Made by a program: the position numbers and the translations under genes. Positions 23,254 through 32,640 of a DNA stretch of 46,424 nucleotides are shown here, piece after piece (the first letter of the stretch is position 1; each line of letters opens with the position of its first letter). The stretch is from Bdellovibrio sp. GTDB lineage: Bacteria; Bdellovibrionota; Bdellovibrionia; Bdellovibrionales; Bdellovibrionaceae. Below the pieces are notes generated by a model, which did no database searches, was not told the origin of the DNA, and saw only the letters and a list, made by a program, of their open reading frames with translations. Location: positions 1 through 46,424 of the forward strand of contig JBKCUU010000059.1 of NCBI GenBank assembly GCA_046318155.1, in the 5' to 3' direction.

Positions 23254-23748
23254 ATGAAAAAGTACTTTGTTGTCCTCTTTATTTTGGTTTTGAGCGCCTG
23301 CAACAAGCCAGATCCGCATCCGGAGCTGCGTGACCCTATTTATAAGGACATCGAAGCTAAGCAAAAAGAGCTCGCTGGCGCTATCGAATCTGAGAAGAAA
23401 GCCCTCGAAGAGGCCGAGATAAAGTTAAAAGCCGTTGTTCCCCAGACCGGTCAAATCAAGTTTGCACGAAAGAGGGTCTTCGAAAGTAAGGCGCGGATTG
23501 AAAAACTTGAACAACTCAGGCGCTATTATACCATCCGCCTCGAGAGCCGAAAGCTTGAGGCCCAAGATGAATATCTAGATGCCTTTGGTCGGGGAAAAGG
23601 GGGCGAGTGGCCGGCGCCTGAAGCCTATGCGGATTATCAGATTAACGAGTCCGCTCGGACCAAGTCCCGCAACTGGTCCGTCAAGGAACGCATCGAAGAA
23701 GAGTTGAAGTCGAGCTCTCCTGCGTCGAGCACAAAAGGCGGACATTGA
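23254..23748 (+). CDS. Uncharacterised coiled-coil lipoprotein
   Basis: MKKYFVVLFILVLSA-C lipobox signal followed by a charged helical body; ATG 23254. Confidence 0.8.
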   Translation: MKKYFVVLFILVLSACNKPDPHPELRDPIYKDIEAKQKELAGAIESEKKALEEAEIKLKAVVPQTGQIKFARKRVFESKARIEKLEQLRRYYTIRLESRKLEAQDEYLDAFGRGKGGEWPAPEAYADYQINESARTKSRNWSVKERIEEELKSSSPASSTKGGH

Positions 23749-23760
23749 GAATCCCTGGGC

Positions 23761-23776
23761 TGTTCTACGTGGAACA
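23761..23776. promoter_or_regulatory. parS: parS centromere-like site 2
   Basis: TGTTCTACGTGGAACA, one mismatch from site 1, in the 60-bp gap between the lipoprotein gene and rsmG. Confidence 0.85.
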
Positions 23777-23808
23777 ATTCAAGTCTCTGAGGCGCAAGGT
23801 GCCCTGAA

Positions 23809-24519
23809 TCAATCACCGATCTTATCGGTTCTAACGACAGCAAACTGCACTTCGCCGACAGGTAAGCGGTACTCGCCTACGAGGCTAGGGGTCCAAAATG
23901 AGCAGAGTTGGGTGGGAATTTGTCCAACCTCGCTCGACCACTCTTCGCTTTTGAGATGATAATAAACACCGCCCCGCGGGAATAGTCTTCGCGACAGCAA
24001 AAGGGCCTTGGCAATCGGCGCAAAACCACGAGAAATCGCAACTTTGACAGATTTCTCGGGGAGACTCTCGACTGTACGAATGAGAACGGTCACGTTCTTT
24101 AGAGCTAAATGGGCGGCCACATGCTTCAAAAACTCGGCCTTGCGCCCATCGGCCTCGACCAAGTGGACCTTTGTCGCGGGATGAAGCACCGCATAAACAA
24201 GGCCTGGAAATCCATTTCCGCTTCCGAAGTCATAAATTTCAGGAATGGGACCCGCTTTAGCAATAAGACGACTTGAAAGAATGGAGTCCGCAAAGTGAAT
24301 TGCATCGGCAACGATTATCGTCTTAACACCAATCAAATTCACGGTGCGGTTAAAGCGAAGCAATTCATCATAGTACTTTTTGAGTTGCTGTCCCACCTGC
24401 GGGTCTAACTCTGGAAACCACTGATCAATGCGCCACAGGGCGTTTGTCGCTTCAGAGTTCGATGGCGTTGAAAGCCCGGCCGGTTTCTTTGCTCGGGGAT
24501 TCTGATTGCTGTTGTCCAA
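23809..24519 (-). CDS. rsmG: 16S rRNA m7G527 methyltransferase
   Basis: HFADS, DFGSGNGFPG and SRGFA; TTG start with AAGGAG; overlaps mnmG by 68 nt. Confidence 0.93.
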   Translation of the reverse strand: MDNSNQNPRAKKPAGLSTPSNSEATNALWRIDQWFPELDPQVGQQLKKYYDELLRFNRTVNLIGVKTIIVADAIHFADSILSSRLIAKAGPIPEIYDFGSGNGFPGLVYAVLHPATKVHLVEADGRKAEFLKHVAAHLALKNVTVLIRTVESLPEKSVKVAISRGFAPIAKALLLSRRLFPRGGVYYHLKSEEWSSEVGQIPTQLCSFWTPSLVGEYRLPVGEVQFAVVRTDKIGD

Positions 24520-26413
24520 TGGAAAACTCCTTCGCCTTTTGGAGACCCTTTATTTGTATCATGATTGCCTGAATCGCAGAAGGGTTCACGCCACTGATTC
24601 TCGAAGCTTGTCCTAAAGTCCGTGGTCGCACTCGCTGAAGTTTTTCAACTTCTTCGGTCGAAAGCCCCCGGATATTTTCAAAACTCAGAGTTTCATCCAG
24701 AACCAAATTCTCAATTCTTTTGGCCTGATCAATCAGCTGCATTTGTCGTTTCACATAGCCCGAGTATTTCACTTCAATTTCGACGGGTTCGTGCACATTG
24801 GGATCCAAATTAAAGTCAAAACCAAGGTCCTGGAGATGTAAACAATCAATCTCTGGGCGCCGAAGAAACTCCTCGAAAGTAATAGACTTATTCAAAACTG
24901 ACGTGGGAATTGAGCGCAGTTTTTCTTGGGTGGCCGCGTTCGGAAAAAGCTTTTGTGTTTGAAGTCTTGCAATCATTTCTTCGCGCTGAACACGGAGTGA
25001 GGTCAGTCTTTCTCCCGCTTCGAATCCCATTAGACCGAGACTTCTTCCGCGCTCACCAAGTCGGTCAATCGTATTGTCTTCGCGCAAAATCAATCGATGC
25101 TCGGCGCGCGAAGTAAACATTCGGTAGGGTTCGCGAGTTCCCTTGGTGACAAGATCGTCAATCAACACGCCCATGTAGGCTTCATCTCGGGACAAAACAA
25201 ACTCTTCTTTTTCAAGAACTGAATGTGCGGCATTGACGCCGGCAACAAAGCCTTGTGCCGCCGCCTCCTCATAACCACTCGTGCCATTAATTTGGCCAGC
25301 CAAAAACAGATTCCGAATCTGGCGGGTCTCCAGGCGATGATAAATTTGAGTGGGCTCGATAAAATCGTACTCCACAGCATACCCGTAACGAACGACTTTG
25401 ACATTTTCGAGCCCCGCAATTGTACGCAAAAAATCCAGCTGTACGTCTTCGGGTAAAGATGTCGAAATCCCTTGTAGGTAAATCAGATCCGAATCCAGTC
25501 CCTCGGGCTCTAAAAAAGTCTGATGGGACTGGCGGTCGCTAAATCTGACAACTTTGTCTTCGATACTGGGGCAATACCGAGGACCCGTTCCCTCAATCAC
25601 TCCGCAGTACATCGGTGATTTATCAAGATTGGCGCGAATGATGTCGTGGGTTTTTTCCGATGTGCGACTGAGGTAGCAGGCAACCTGCGGAAGTAAATAC
25701 TTGGTTGGCGAGCGAAAGCTAAAAGGAAAAAAGCGGTCATCGCCGTACTGAGGTTCTGTCTTCGACCAATCAATCGAATCTTTATGAAGACGAGCGGGCG
25801 TTCCTGTTTTCAAACGTCTCACCTCAAAACCAAATGTCGCCAATTGATCCGAAAGGCCGACCGAGGCCTTATCGCCAACGCGGCCGCCTGGTGTTTGAGT
25901 CAATCCAACATGCATCACACCATTCATAAAGGTACCCGTTGTGATGACGACTTTTTTAGCACGAATTTCAGAACCATCATGAAGAACAACGCCTTCGCAG
26001 ACAGACCCCCTTAGCAGCAGACTTTTAACCTCGGCTTCTTGAACCGAAAGATTCGGCTGCAGTGACAGGGTTGTTTGCATATACAGAGCGTACTTTTGCT
26101 TGTCGGACTGAACTCTGGATCCTCGAACGGCGGGTCCCCGCCGAGAATTTAAGCGTTTAAACTGAATGCAGGTGGCATCGGCGGCCAAACCCATCTGTCC
26201 ACCCAACACATCAATCTCGCGAACCATATGGCCCTTTGCAAGACCACCGATTGAAGGATTACAAGACATGTAACCAATGCGCGAAACGTTTGAAGTCACC
26301 ATCAGCGTACGAAGCCCAAGGCGCGCCGGCGCCAAACAAGCCTCGATTCCAGCATGACCGGCCCCGACAACGATGACATCAAAATCAAATGGGCGAACCC
26401 CAGAAGCGGACAT
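24452..26413 (-). CDS. mnmG: tRNA uridine-5-carboxymethylaminomethyl modification enzyme (GidA)
   Basis: GAGHAGIEA, MSCNPSIGG, GPRYCPSIEDK and GQINGTSGYEEAAAQG. Confidence 0.98.
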   Translation of the reverse strand: MSASGVRPFDFDVIVVGAGHAGIEACLAPARLGLRTLMVTSNVSRIGYMSCNPSIGGLAKGHMVREIDVLGGQMGLAADATCIQFKRLNSRRGPAVRGSRVQSDKQKYALYMQTTLSLQPNLSVQEAEVKSLLLRGSVCEGVVLHDGSEIRAKKVVITTGTFMNGVMHVGLTQTPGGRVGDKASVGLSDQLATFGFEVRRLKTGTPARLHKDSIDWSKTEPQYGDDRFFPFSFRSPTKYLLPQVACYLSRTSEKTHDIIRANLDKSPMYCGVIEGTGPRYCPSIEDKVVRFSDRQSHQTFLEPEGLDSDLIYLQGISTSLPEDVQLDFLRTIAGLENVKVVRYGYAVEYDFIEPTQIYHRLETRQIRNLFLAGQINGTSGYEEAAAQGFVAGVNAAHSVLEKEEFVLSRDEAYMGVLIDDLVTKGTREPYRMFTSRAEHRLILREDNTIDRLGERGRSLGLMGFEAGERLTSLRVQREEMIARLQTQKLFPNAATQEKLRSIPTSVLNKSITFEEFLRRPEIDCLHLQDLGFDFNLDPNVHEPVEIEVKYSGYVKRQMQLIDQAKRIENLVLDETLSFENIRGLSTEEVEKLQRVRPRTLGQASRISGVNPSAIQAIMIQIKGLQKAKEFSIGQQQSESPSKETGRAFNAIEL

Positions 26414-26419
26414 TTTAAC

Positions 26420-27823
26420 TTACTTTCCTAGACAAAATTCTTTGAACACACGGTCCAAAATTTGGTCATCGTAATGTGTACCCAGTGTTTCTTGAACGCA
26501 GAGAAGCGCTTCTTTCAGTTCAAAGGCTGCCAACTCGGGGCTGACACCATCAAAAACAAGCTGCATCCCGCGGCCCAGGTTCTCTTCAGCCGTTTGGAGA
26601 CGCTCAAAGTGCCGGGCTTGAAAAAGAACCGTTTGGTCTTCAATCCCCGCTTTTTGAATCCATTCGGTTAAAGCACTCATCACCGTCTCGAATGTTCTTT
26701 TCTTATCGAAAGCCGATACAAACAGCATCTTTTCAGGTGGAGAAATCCCGCATTCATGTAATTTTTCAATGATTTGCTGGCGCTCAAGATCAACGCTCGC
26801 GACCCGGTCGACCTTATTCACCAAAAGAATCACCTTGGAGGCTTCTTTTTTTCGAAGCTCTTCAAGTTCGTCGTCTTGGCCCAGCTTTTCCGCTTCGATG
26901 ACAAACAAAATCAGCTCGGCGTCTTGAGAGGCCCGGTACGTGCGCTCGATCCCCATCTTTTCGACCAAATCGGTGGACGCCCGCAAACCAGCAGTATCTG
27001 TCAAATTGACCTTCATCCCGGCCACAATCAGTGGAGCTTCGATCAGGTCACGAGTGGTTCCGGGAATCTCGGTCACAATGGCCCGCTCTTCTTCGAGCAA
27101 AACATTGAGCAGTGAAGACTTACCTACGTTCGGTCGGCCCATCAAAACGACTCGGAGTCCTTCTTTGATAACTCTTCCCTGCGCGTAGCTCGCCAAGCGC
27201 TTTTGCAATCTCTGGCGCACGACGCTTAAGCGCTTCAAAAGTTCTTTAGGAGAAACCGTCTCGAGCCCCTCTTGCGAAAAGTCGATGCCAGCCTCAATGT
27301 GCGCAAGTGACCAGGTTATTTCGGATTCCAATCCTTGGAGTTCTTCAGATAAATCGCCTTTGAGTTGCCTTAACGCTTGTTTGGCTCCCTGTGAAGATTG
27401 GCTTTCAATCAGCGCAAGCACGCTCTCGGCCTGAACCAAATCAAGATTTCCGTTCATAAACGCGCGAAAAGTGAACTCGCCCTTTTCGGCGATCTTGGCC
27501 CCCGCTTGGACCAGCGCTTGTAGCAAGAGCTGCACGATTGTGGGTGATCCGTGAGTGGAAAACTCAAGAGTCTCTTCACCGGTAAACGATTTACGGTGGG
27601 CGAAGTAGGTGACCAGGGCTTCATCAAACGAAGTCCCATCCTGACCCTGAAGGCGGCCCAAATAGGCTTTGTGAGTTTCTGGTTTTACAGGAAGAAAGGT
27701 CGCAACCTGGCGTGAGATTTCAAGGGCCCTTGGGCCACTGATGCGAACGATCGCCAGGGCCCCGAGGCCCTGGGCCGTTGCGAGTGCACAAATGGATTCC
27801 TGATCCCGACCTGGAATAAACAT
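26420..27823 (-). CDS. mnmE: tRNA modification GTPase (TrmE)
   Basis: GRPNVGKSS, GTTRD, DTAG, NKVD and C-terminal FCLGK. Confidence 0.97.
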   Translation of the reverse strand: MFIPGRDQESICALATAQGLGALAIVRISGPRALEISRQVATFLPVKPETHKAYLGRLQGQDGTSFDEALVTYFAHRKSFTGEETLEFSTHGSPTIVQLLLQALVQAGAKIAEKGEFTFRAFMNGNLDLVQAESVLALIESQSSQGAKQALRQLKGDLSEELQGLESEITWSLAHIEAGIDFSQEGLETVSPKELLKRLSVVRQRLQKRLASYAQGRVIKEGLRVVLMGRPNVGKSSLLNVLLEEERAIVTEIPGTTRDLIEAPLIVAGMKVNLTDTAGLRASTDLVEKMGIERTYRASQDAELILFVIEAEKLGQDDELEELRKKEASKVILLVNKVDRVASVDLERQQIIEKLHECGISPPEKMLFVSAFDKKRTFETVMSALTEWIQKAGIEDQTVLFQARHFERLQTAEENLGRGMQLVFDGVSPELAAFELKEALLCVQETLGTHYDDQILDRVFKEFCLGK

Positions 27824-27839
27824 TTGTGCCTCTTAAAGA

Positions 27840-28391
27840 TTACTCAGCGTCTGCAGACGCATCATCGGCGCCGGCATGGCCTTTCACAGGAAAGATTTTG
27901 ATTTTTTTAAAGAGACCTTCGCCAATGGATCGGCTTTTCACACGTTGGTCATTTGCCAAGTACTGGTGAATGACTTTGCGATCTTTGGGCGAAAGAGCGC
28001 GAAAATAAACGGGCTTTCCTTTTTCAAGAGCCACACCTTTGAGTTTTTCAGCCAGCTCAACAAGAGCGTTGCTTGATTCTTCACGGTAACCGTTTGAATC
28101 AATCACAACATTCGTGCGGTCTTCAGGCAGATGGTGCTGCAAAACACGTTTCAAGAAAAGCTGTAATGATTCGATCATCTCGCCTTCATTTTCTTTTAGC
28201 ATTTCTTCATCGCCGCCCCGAAGCTCTACCAAAATTTGCGGCTCGCCCTTATCATCCGTGGTTGAATTCAAGTCAAACTCGAGGTCAAAGCCGCCTTTTT
28301 CGATGAGGCCCTCCAAGGTTTCACGAACAAGAGTTTCAGTTGCAGAGCCTGTGGCACTTTTTCCACCAAAAAGTTTTTTAAAAAAGTTCAT
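27840..28391 (-). CDS. jag: Jag/KhpB(EloR)-like RNA-binding protein (KH-like + R3H, no Jag_N domain)
   Basis: Position after yidC; V.ID..GYRE linker, R3H motif DRKVIH and S.S.GEG. Confidence 0.85.
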   Translation of the reverse strand: MNFFKKLFGGKSATGSATETLVRETLEGLIEKGGFDLEFDLNSTTDDKGEPQILVELRGGDEEMLKENEGEMIESLQLFLKRVLQHHLPEDRTNVVIDSNGYREESSNALVELAEKLKGVALEKGKPVYFRALSPKDRKVIHQYLANDQRVKSRSIGEGLFKKIKIFPVKGHAGADDASADAE

Positions 28392-28426
28392 TTAAAAGCC
28401 TCCTAGAGCTTGAACAAATCGATTCA

Positions 28427-30064
28427 TCATTTGGCAGAAACGGTCACAGCAGTTACAGCCGGTTTTGAATCCCGCATAAAGACTTGCTGTTGTAGCACGC
28501 CGAACAAAGTACTGACAAAAATATAAAGCGTCAGGCCTGCTGGCAGTGACAGTGTAAAGACTGAGAAAATGATCGGCATCCACTGCAAGATCTTAGCTTG
28601 CGCGGGGTCCATCGTCGTCGGTGTGATTTTTTGTTGGATGAACATCGTGATCCCCATCAAAACAGGGAGAACAAAGAAGGGGTCTTTGATCGAAAGATCA
28701 TGGATCCATAAAACGAAAGGGGCCTGGTACAGCTCGATACTTTGTCCCAACACTTGATAGAGGGCAAAAAACACGGGCATTTGCAAGAGCATGGGAAGGC
28801 AGCCGCCCAAAGGGTTGACCTTTTGCTCTTTCATGAGTGCCATCGTCTCGCGGTTCATTGCCGTGGGGTCTGATTTATAGCGCTCACGAATCGACTGAAG
28901 CATCGGCTGAATCTTTTGCATCTTTTTCATCGACTTGTAAGACGTGATGTTAAAAGGAAGGACCAAAAAGCGAACCAGAATCGTCAGCAATATAATCGAA
29001 AAACCCCAGTTGCCCACGTAGCCGTTAAACCACTGAAGAACGACCAAGAGAATCTTTCCGATCGAGGCAAAAAATCCAAAGTTCACAACGTCAACAAGCG
29101 CGACGTCGACTTTTTGGAGGTCCGTTAAGGACTTGGGTCCTGAGTAGGTTTTCCACTGAAAATTCATTTGATCTTTGAGTTGTGCGGGCTTGTAAGCAAT
29201 CACAGCACGGAGCTCACCCTTCGCCGGAGCAAAAACTTGAACCTCGGGTGTAATATCCGACTGATCAACAAACGCCGACGTAAAGTACTGCGAACCCAAA
29301 GAAACAAGTGCCACTTGCGTAAAGTCTTGTCTAACATCTTCAGACTCAGACGACGCATTGACGTGATCAATAGTGCCTTGGTGTTTGACAACAAATTCTT
29401 GGTACTCCATCGAGGGCATTAAGAACGAAGTTCCGCCGCCCTTGTGCTTCTTCTCGGGTAAGGTAACCGTCAAACCTTTGAAGTCTGCGGCTGGTTTTAA
29501 AACACGAACGGCCGAACTCCAAGAGCTCGTCTCTTGATGAAACGTCAGATCTTGCTCGACACTCATAGTGCCAATGCGAGCGATCCCTTTAAGAGCCGTC
29601 TCGCTGATTTTTTCGATTTGAAAATCAAGTTTTTCAGTGCGACCCAGAAGGCCCACTTCAAACAGACCACCCGTTTCTGAAGCTCCCATTTGAACGGGTT
29701 TTTTCTCGCGGTCCGTGTAACTTCGAACGATCAGGTTGTGCAGCCCCATGCCTTTAGAAGAGACTTCAAACGTGAGTCGATCATTTTGAAAAGCGATCTT
29801 TGTTTCAGGAAGAACTTTGCTGTCAGCTACAGCGACCGGCTTTAAGGCCGCGCTCTCAGTTGGAGTTGTTGCCCCAAGAGGTGCCGCCGAATTTGGAGAG
29901 TTGGTCGCATCTGAAGCTGTCGCGGTTGCCGGTGCTTTTTTGGTATAAAAATCAGGGTATTTATACTCGAGATATTTTTGCCATCCGAAGAACAAAACAC
30001 CGACAAGAACGACGGCAATAATTGTCTTTGAATCAAAGAACGATTTTTCATTTTGAGAACTCAT
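28427..30064 (-). CDS. yidC: Membrane protein insertase YidC
   Basis: GNWGFSIILLTILVR and NPLGGCLPMLLQMPVFFALY; ATG 30064 after GAGG. Confidence 0.97.
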   Translation of the reverse strand: MSSQNEKSFFDSKTIIAVVLVGVLFFGWQKYLEYKYPDFYTKKAPATATASDATNSPNSAAPLGATTPTESAALKPVAVADSKVLPETKIAFQNDRLTFEVSSKGMGLHNLIVRSYTDREKKPVQMGASETGGLFEVGLLGRTEKLDFQIEKISETALKGIARIGTMSVEQDLTFHQETSSWSSAVRVLKPAADFKGLTVTLPEKKHKGGGTSFLMPSMEYQEFVVKHQGTIDHVNASSESEDVRQDFTQVALVSLGSQYFTSAFVDQSDITPEVQVFAPAKGELRAVIAYKPAQLKDQMNFQWKTYSGPKSLTDLQKVDVALVDVVNFGFFASIGKILLVVLQWFNGYVGNWGFSIILLTILVRFLVLPFNITSYKSMKKMQKIQPMLQSIRERYKSDPTAMNRETMALMKEQKVNPLGGCLPMLLQMPVFFALYQVLGQSIELYQAPFVLWIHDLSIKDPFFVLPVLMGITMFIQQKITPTTMDPAQAKILQWMPIIFSVFTLSLPAGLTLYIFVSTLFGVLQQQVFMRDSKPAVTAVTVSAK

Positions 30065-30323
30065 GATGACCTCGCGAGCAGCAGTGAACAGTTTCTGGAA
30101 CGGGATCATATCCCGAAGGACCACCAGGACGGCACTTCAGCAACCGTGAACCTGTAAAGATAAACGCGTCCCAAAAATTGTGCTTGGAAAAAGCCTGGGT
30201 GGCGTATTCAGAGCAAGAAGGATGAAAGCGGCAGGCACCACCCACGTGGGGGGCCAAAACGACTCGGTAGATTTCAATCAGAAGAAGGGCGGCTTTTCGA
30301 GAGGCGATTGCGAACAAGACCAA
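30048..30323 (-). CDS. yidD: Membrane protein insertion efficiency factor (start approximate)
   Basis: CRFHPSCSEY and RLLKCRP...GYDPVP; lies between rnpA and yidC. Confidence 0.92.
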   Translation of the reverse strand: MVLFAIASRKAALLLIEIYRVVLAPHVGGACRFHPSCSEYATQAFSKHNFWDAFIFTGSRLLKCRPGGPSGYDPVPETVHCCSRGHHEFSK

Positions 30324-30657
30324 GCCCTTTTTCAAAGGCTTGATCGAACTCAGAATGTTCCAGGTCTTTGTAAAACCCTGGTTCCATTGGTCGAAAAACG
30401 ACATTGATATCGGCACCCATATCCAAGCCTTGTTTCAAGGCCTGTCTGAAAAATTCCCGCCCCCAGCGTCTTAGACGATTTCTGGTGACCGCTGTGCCCA
30501 CTTTTCGACTGAGCGTGAATCCGATACGAAGGTCTTCAGTCGAAGTGGGTACTGAGAAGAAAGAGACCCAGCGGTTGGGCGAGCTCTTTTGTCCACTTGT
30601 TTTCAAATGGATAAAGTCGGCTCTCGTTCTTAAAATCCGCAGTCGTTTATTTTCCAC
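30274..30657 (-). CDS. rnpA: Ribonuclease P protein component
   Basis: [21 protein letters not shown] (RNR motif); GTG 30657 overlaps the rpmH end. Confidence 0.94.
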   Translation of the reverse strand: MENKRLRILRTRADFIHLKTSGQKSSPNRWVSFFSVPTSTEDLRIGFTLSRKVGTAVTRNRLRRWGREFFRQALKQGLDMGADINVVFRPMEPGFYKDLEHSEFDQAFEKGLGLVRNRLSKSRPSSD

Positions 30658-30796
30658 CAACAGCAATCGTCAGTCGTTTTCGGCCTTTAGCACGACGAGC
30701 TGACAAGATCTTTTGTCCGCTTTTAGTCGCCATGCGAGTGCGGAAACCGTGTGAAGTCTTACGACGTTTATTTGAGGGTTGGTAGGTACGCTTCAT
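30647..30796 (-). CDS. rpmH: 50S ribosomal protein L34
   Basis: Below the ORF-track cutoff; manual translation gives [49 protein letters not shown], with AGGAG RBS. Confidence 0.97.
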   Translation of the reverse strand: MKRTYQPSNKRRKTSHGFRTRMATKSGQKILSARRAKGRKRLTIAVGGK

Positions 30797-30960
30797 TTTG
30801 ACTCCTAAGACACAGTACGGCTGGTGGCTTTATGAACAGTCGTTAGCCATTGTTTTCAGCAATTTCAACAAGCTTTTAACAAGGGGCCCAATTAATCACA
30901 ACGCGGCATCATGGTCAACTGTTGAAAAGCCCACCCACATCGGTTAACCCGAGACCGGAC

Positions 30961-30969
30961 TTATCCACA
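30961..30969 (+). promoter_or_regulatory. Consensus DnaA box upstream of dnaA (likely autoregulation)
   Basis: TTATCCACA, 26 nt before the dnaA GTG. Confidence 0.8.
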
Positions 30970-30995
30970 ATCACGAACGATGGAGGGGATCGCGC

Positions 30996-32423
30996 GTGGA
31001 ACCGATGGAACCAAATACCGAGACAAATGAACTGAACGCCGAATTCTGGGATTTGATCAAATCAAGGATCAAAGCACGAAACCAAGAAAACAAATTGGTC
31101 GAGAGCTGGATCAACCCCATTCACTACGTCGAGACCCAGGGGTCCCTCGAAGTGCCTCGTATGGTTTTAAGTGTTCCCAGTGAATTTCACCGCTATTATG
31201 TGGTCGAATCACTTTTAGAAACGATCTATTCCGAAATCGCCGAGGTTTACCGCGCGCCATTCGAATTGGATGTCATTATAAAGACAAACCACGACAAACC
31301 GGCTCAAATCGAATTAACCGCGTATTCAGAACAGCAGTATCAAGCCAAAATGCCACAAGTGATGCAACAGGCGCCTCCATCGGGCCCGACATCTTTGGAC
31401 TTTTTAAACTCAAACTACACATTTTCGACCTTCGTGGTGGGCCGAAACTCTGAGTTTGCCCACGCCGCTTGCTACAATGTCGCCCGCAATCCGGGTGAGG
31501 GCTACAATCCGCTCTTGATTTCGGGGCCGACCGGAATGGGGAAAACCCATCTTTTGCATGCTGTAGGTCACGAAATTAAGAACAACTTTCCACACCTCAA
31601 AATTCTTTATATCGCAGCTGAGCGGTTCCTGAATGAGTGTATTTACGCAATGCGCCATGATCAGATGAACGCTTTTCGGCACAAGTATCGAGATAACTGC
31701 GACATTTTGCTGGTCGATGATCTTCAGTTTATTGGCCGTGGTGAGGCAACGCAGGAAGAATTCTTCCATACTGTCAATGCTTTCATTGAACGGCGCAAAC
31801 AAGTCGTTTTGGCAAGTGACCGAATGCCGAAGGATATTTTGAAACTCGATGACCGTAACCGCTCTCGACTTGAGTGGGGTTTAGTTGTCGATATTCAAAT
31901 GCCGGACTTTGAAACTCGCGTGGCTATCCTTCGCTATAAAGCCGAAAAAATGAACATACGCCTCACTGAGGATGTTGTTGAGTACATCGCGCGGATATCC
32001 AAGCGTTCAATCCGTGAGCTCGAAGGTAACCTGAAAAAGGTGAAGATGTTCAGCGAGCTTCAGGGGCTTCCTATTGACTACTCACTCGCCAAGCGTGTTC
32101 TGACTACTCACGAGACTCAGACCACTCTTTCGATGGAAGATGTCCAAAAAATGGTGGCTGACCACTTCAAGGTGAAGATGACCGATCTCAAATCAGCGTC
32201 TCGAGCTAAAGTGATTGTCGTTCCCAGACAGATCTCAATGTATCTGATCAAGAAGCACCTCGACAAACCGTTGACGGAAATCGGCCGAATCTTTGGTGAC
32301 CGCGATCACACGACTGTGATGAATGCGATTGAACGTGTCCGTGATCTACAGGCTAAAGACATGGAAATTAAGAGCGATCTCGAAGAGTTAACAACACGTA
32401 TCCACAACATCACAGGACTGTGA
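30996..32423 (+). CDS. dnaA: Chromosomal replication initiator DnaA
   Basis: YNPLLISGPTGMGKTHL, LLVDDLQF, QEEFFH, RELEG and RDHTTV; GTG after GGAGG. Confidence 0.98.
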   Translation: MEPMEPNTETNELNAEFWDLIKSRIKARNQENKLVESWINPIHYVETQGSLEVPRMVLSVPSEFHRYYVVESLLETIYSEIAEVYRAPFELDVIIKTNHDKPAQIELTAYSEQQYQAKMPQVMQQAPPSGPTSLDFLNSNYTFSTFVVGRNSEFAHAACYNVARNPGEGYNPLLISGPTGMGKTHLLHAVGHEIKNNFPHLKILYIAAERFLNECIYAMRHDQMNAFRHKYRDNCDILLVDDLQFIGRGEATQEEFFHTVNAFIERRKQVVLASDRMPKDILKLDDRNRSRLEWGLVVDIQMPDFETRVAILRYKAEKMNIRLTEDVVEYIARISKRSIRELEGNLKKVKMFSELQGLPIDYSLAKRVLTTHETQTTLSMEDVQKMVADHFKVKMTDLKSASRAKVIVVPRQISMYLIKKHLDKPLTEIGRIFGDRDHTTVMNAIERVRDLQAKDMEIKSDLEELTTRIHNITGL

Positions 32424-32625
32424 ATGTGGGATGTGGATAGAACTGTGGATAGACATGGGGTTTAAAATGTGGACGACTTTTATCCCCAAAATCAACAGAG
32501 TTTGGTGCGAATTAGTCGCCCCCTCTATCCACGGCGTTTTCTAAGTATTTACATGTGCTTGGCAAGTTTGTAAGGTTTTCCTCGCTCCTACTACAACGAC
32601 GAGTTATTTAATTAAATAATAAGAA
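32398..32625. other. oriC: Chromosomal replication origin (oriC) between dnaA and dnaN
   Basis: DnaA boxes at 32398 (GTATCCACA), 32432 and 32444 (TGTGGATAG), 32468 (TGTGGACGA), 32480 (TTATCCCCA) and 32525 (CTATCCACG). These are followed by DnaA-trio-like CTC-CTA-CTA-CAA-CGA-CGA (32585-32602) and an AT tract (32604-32622). Core-gene orientation switches strand around rpmH/dnaA. Confidence 0.88.
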
Positions 32626-32640
32626 GAGTAAGGATGGGTC

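Noticed and set aside
23234..23776. The two 16-bp repeats as attachment sites or target duplications of a mobile cassette
   Set aside because: They match the parS consensus next to parAB, and there is no integrase or transposase in the window.
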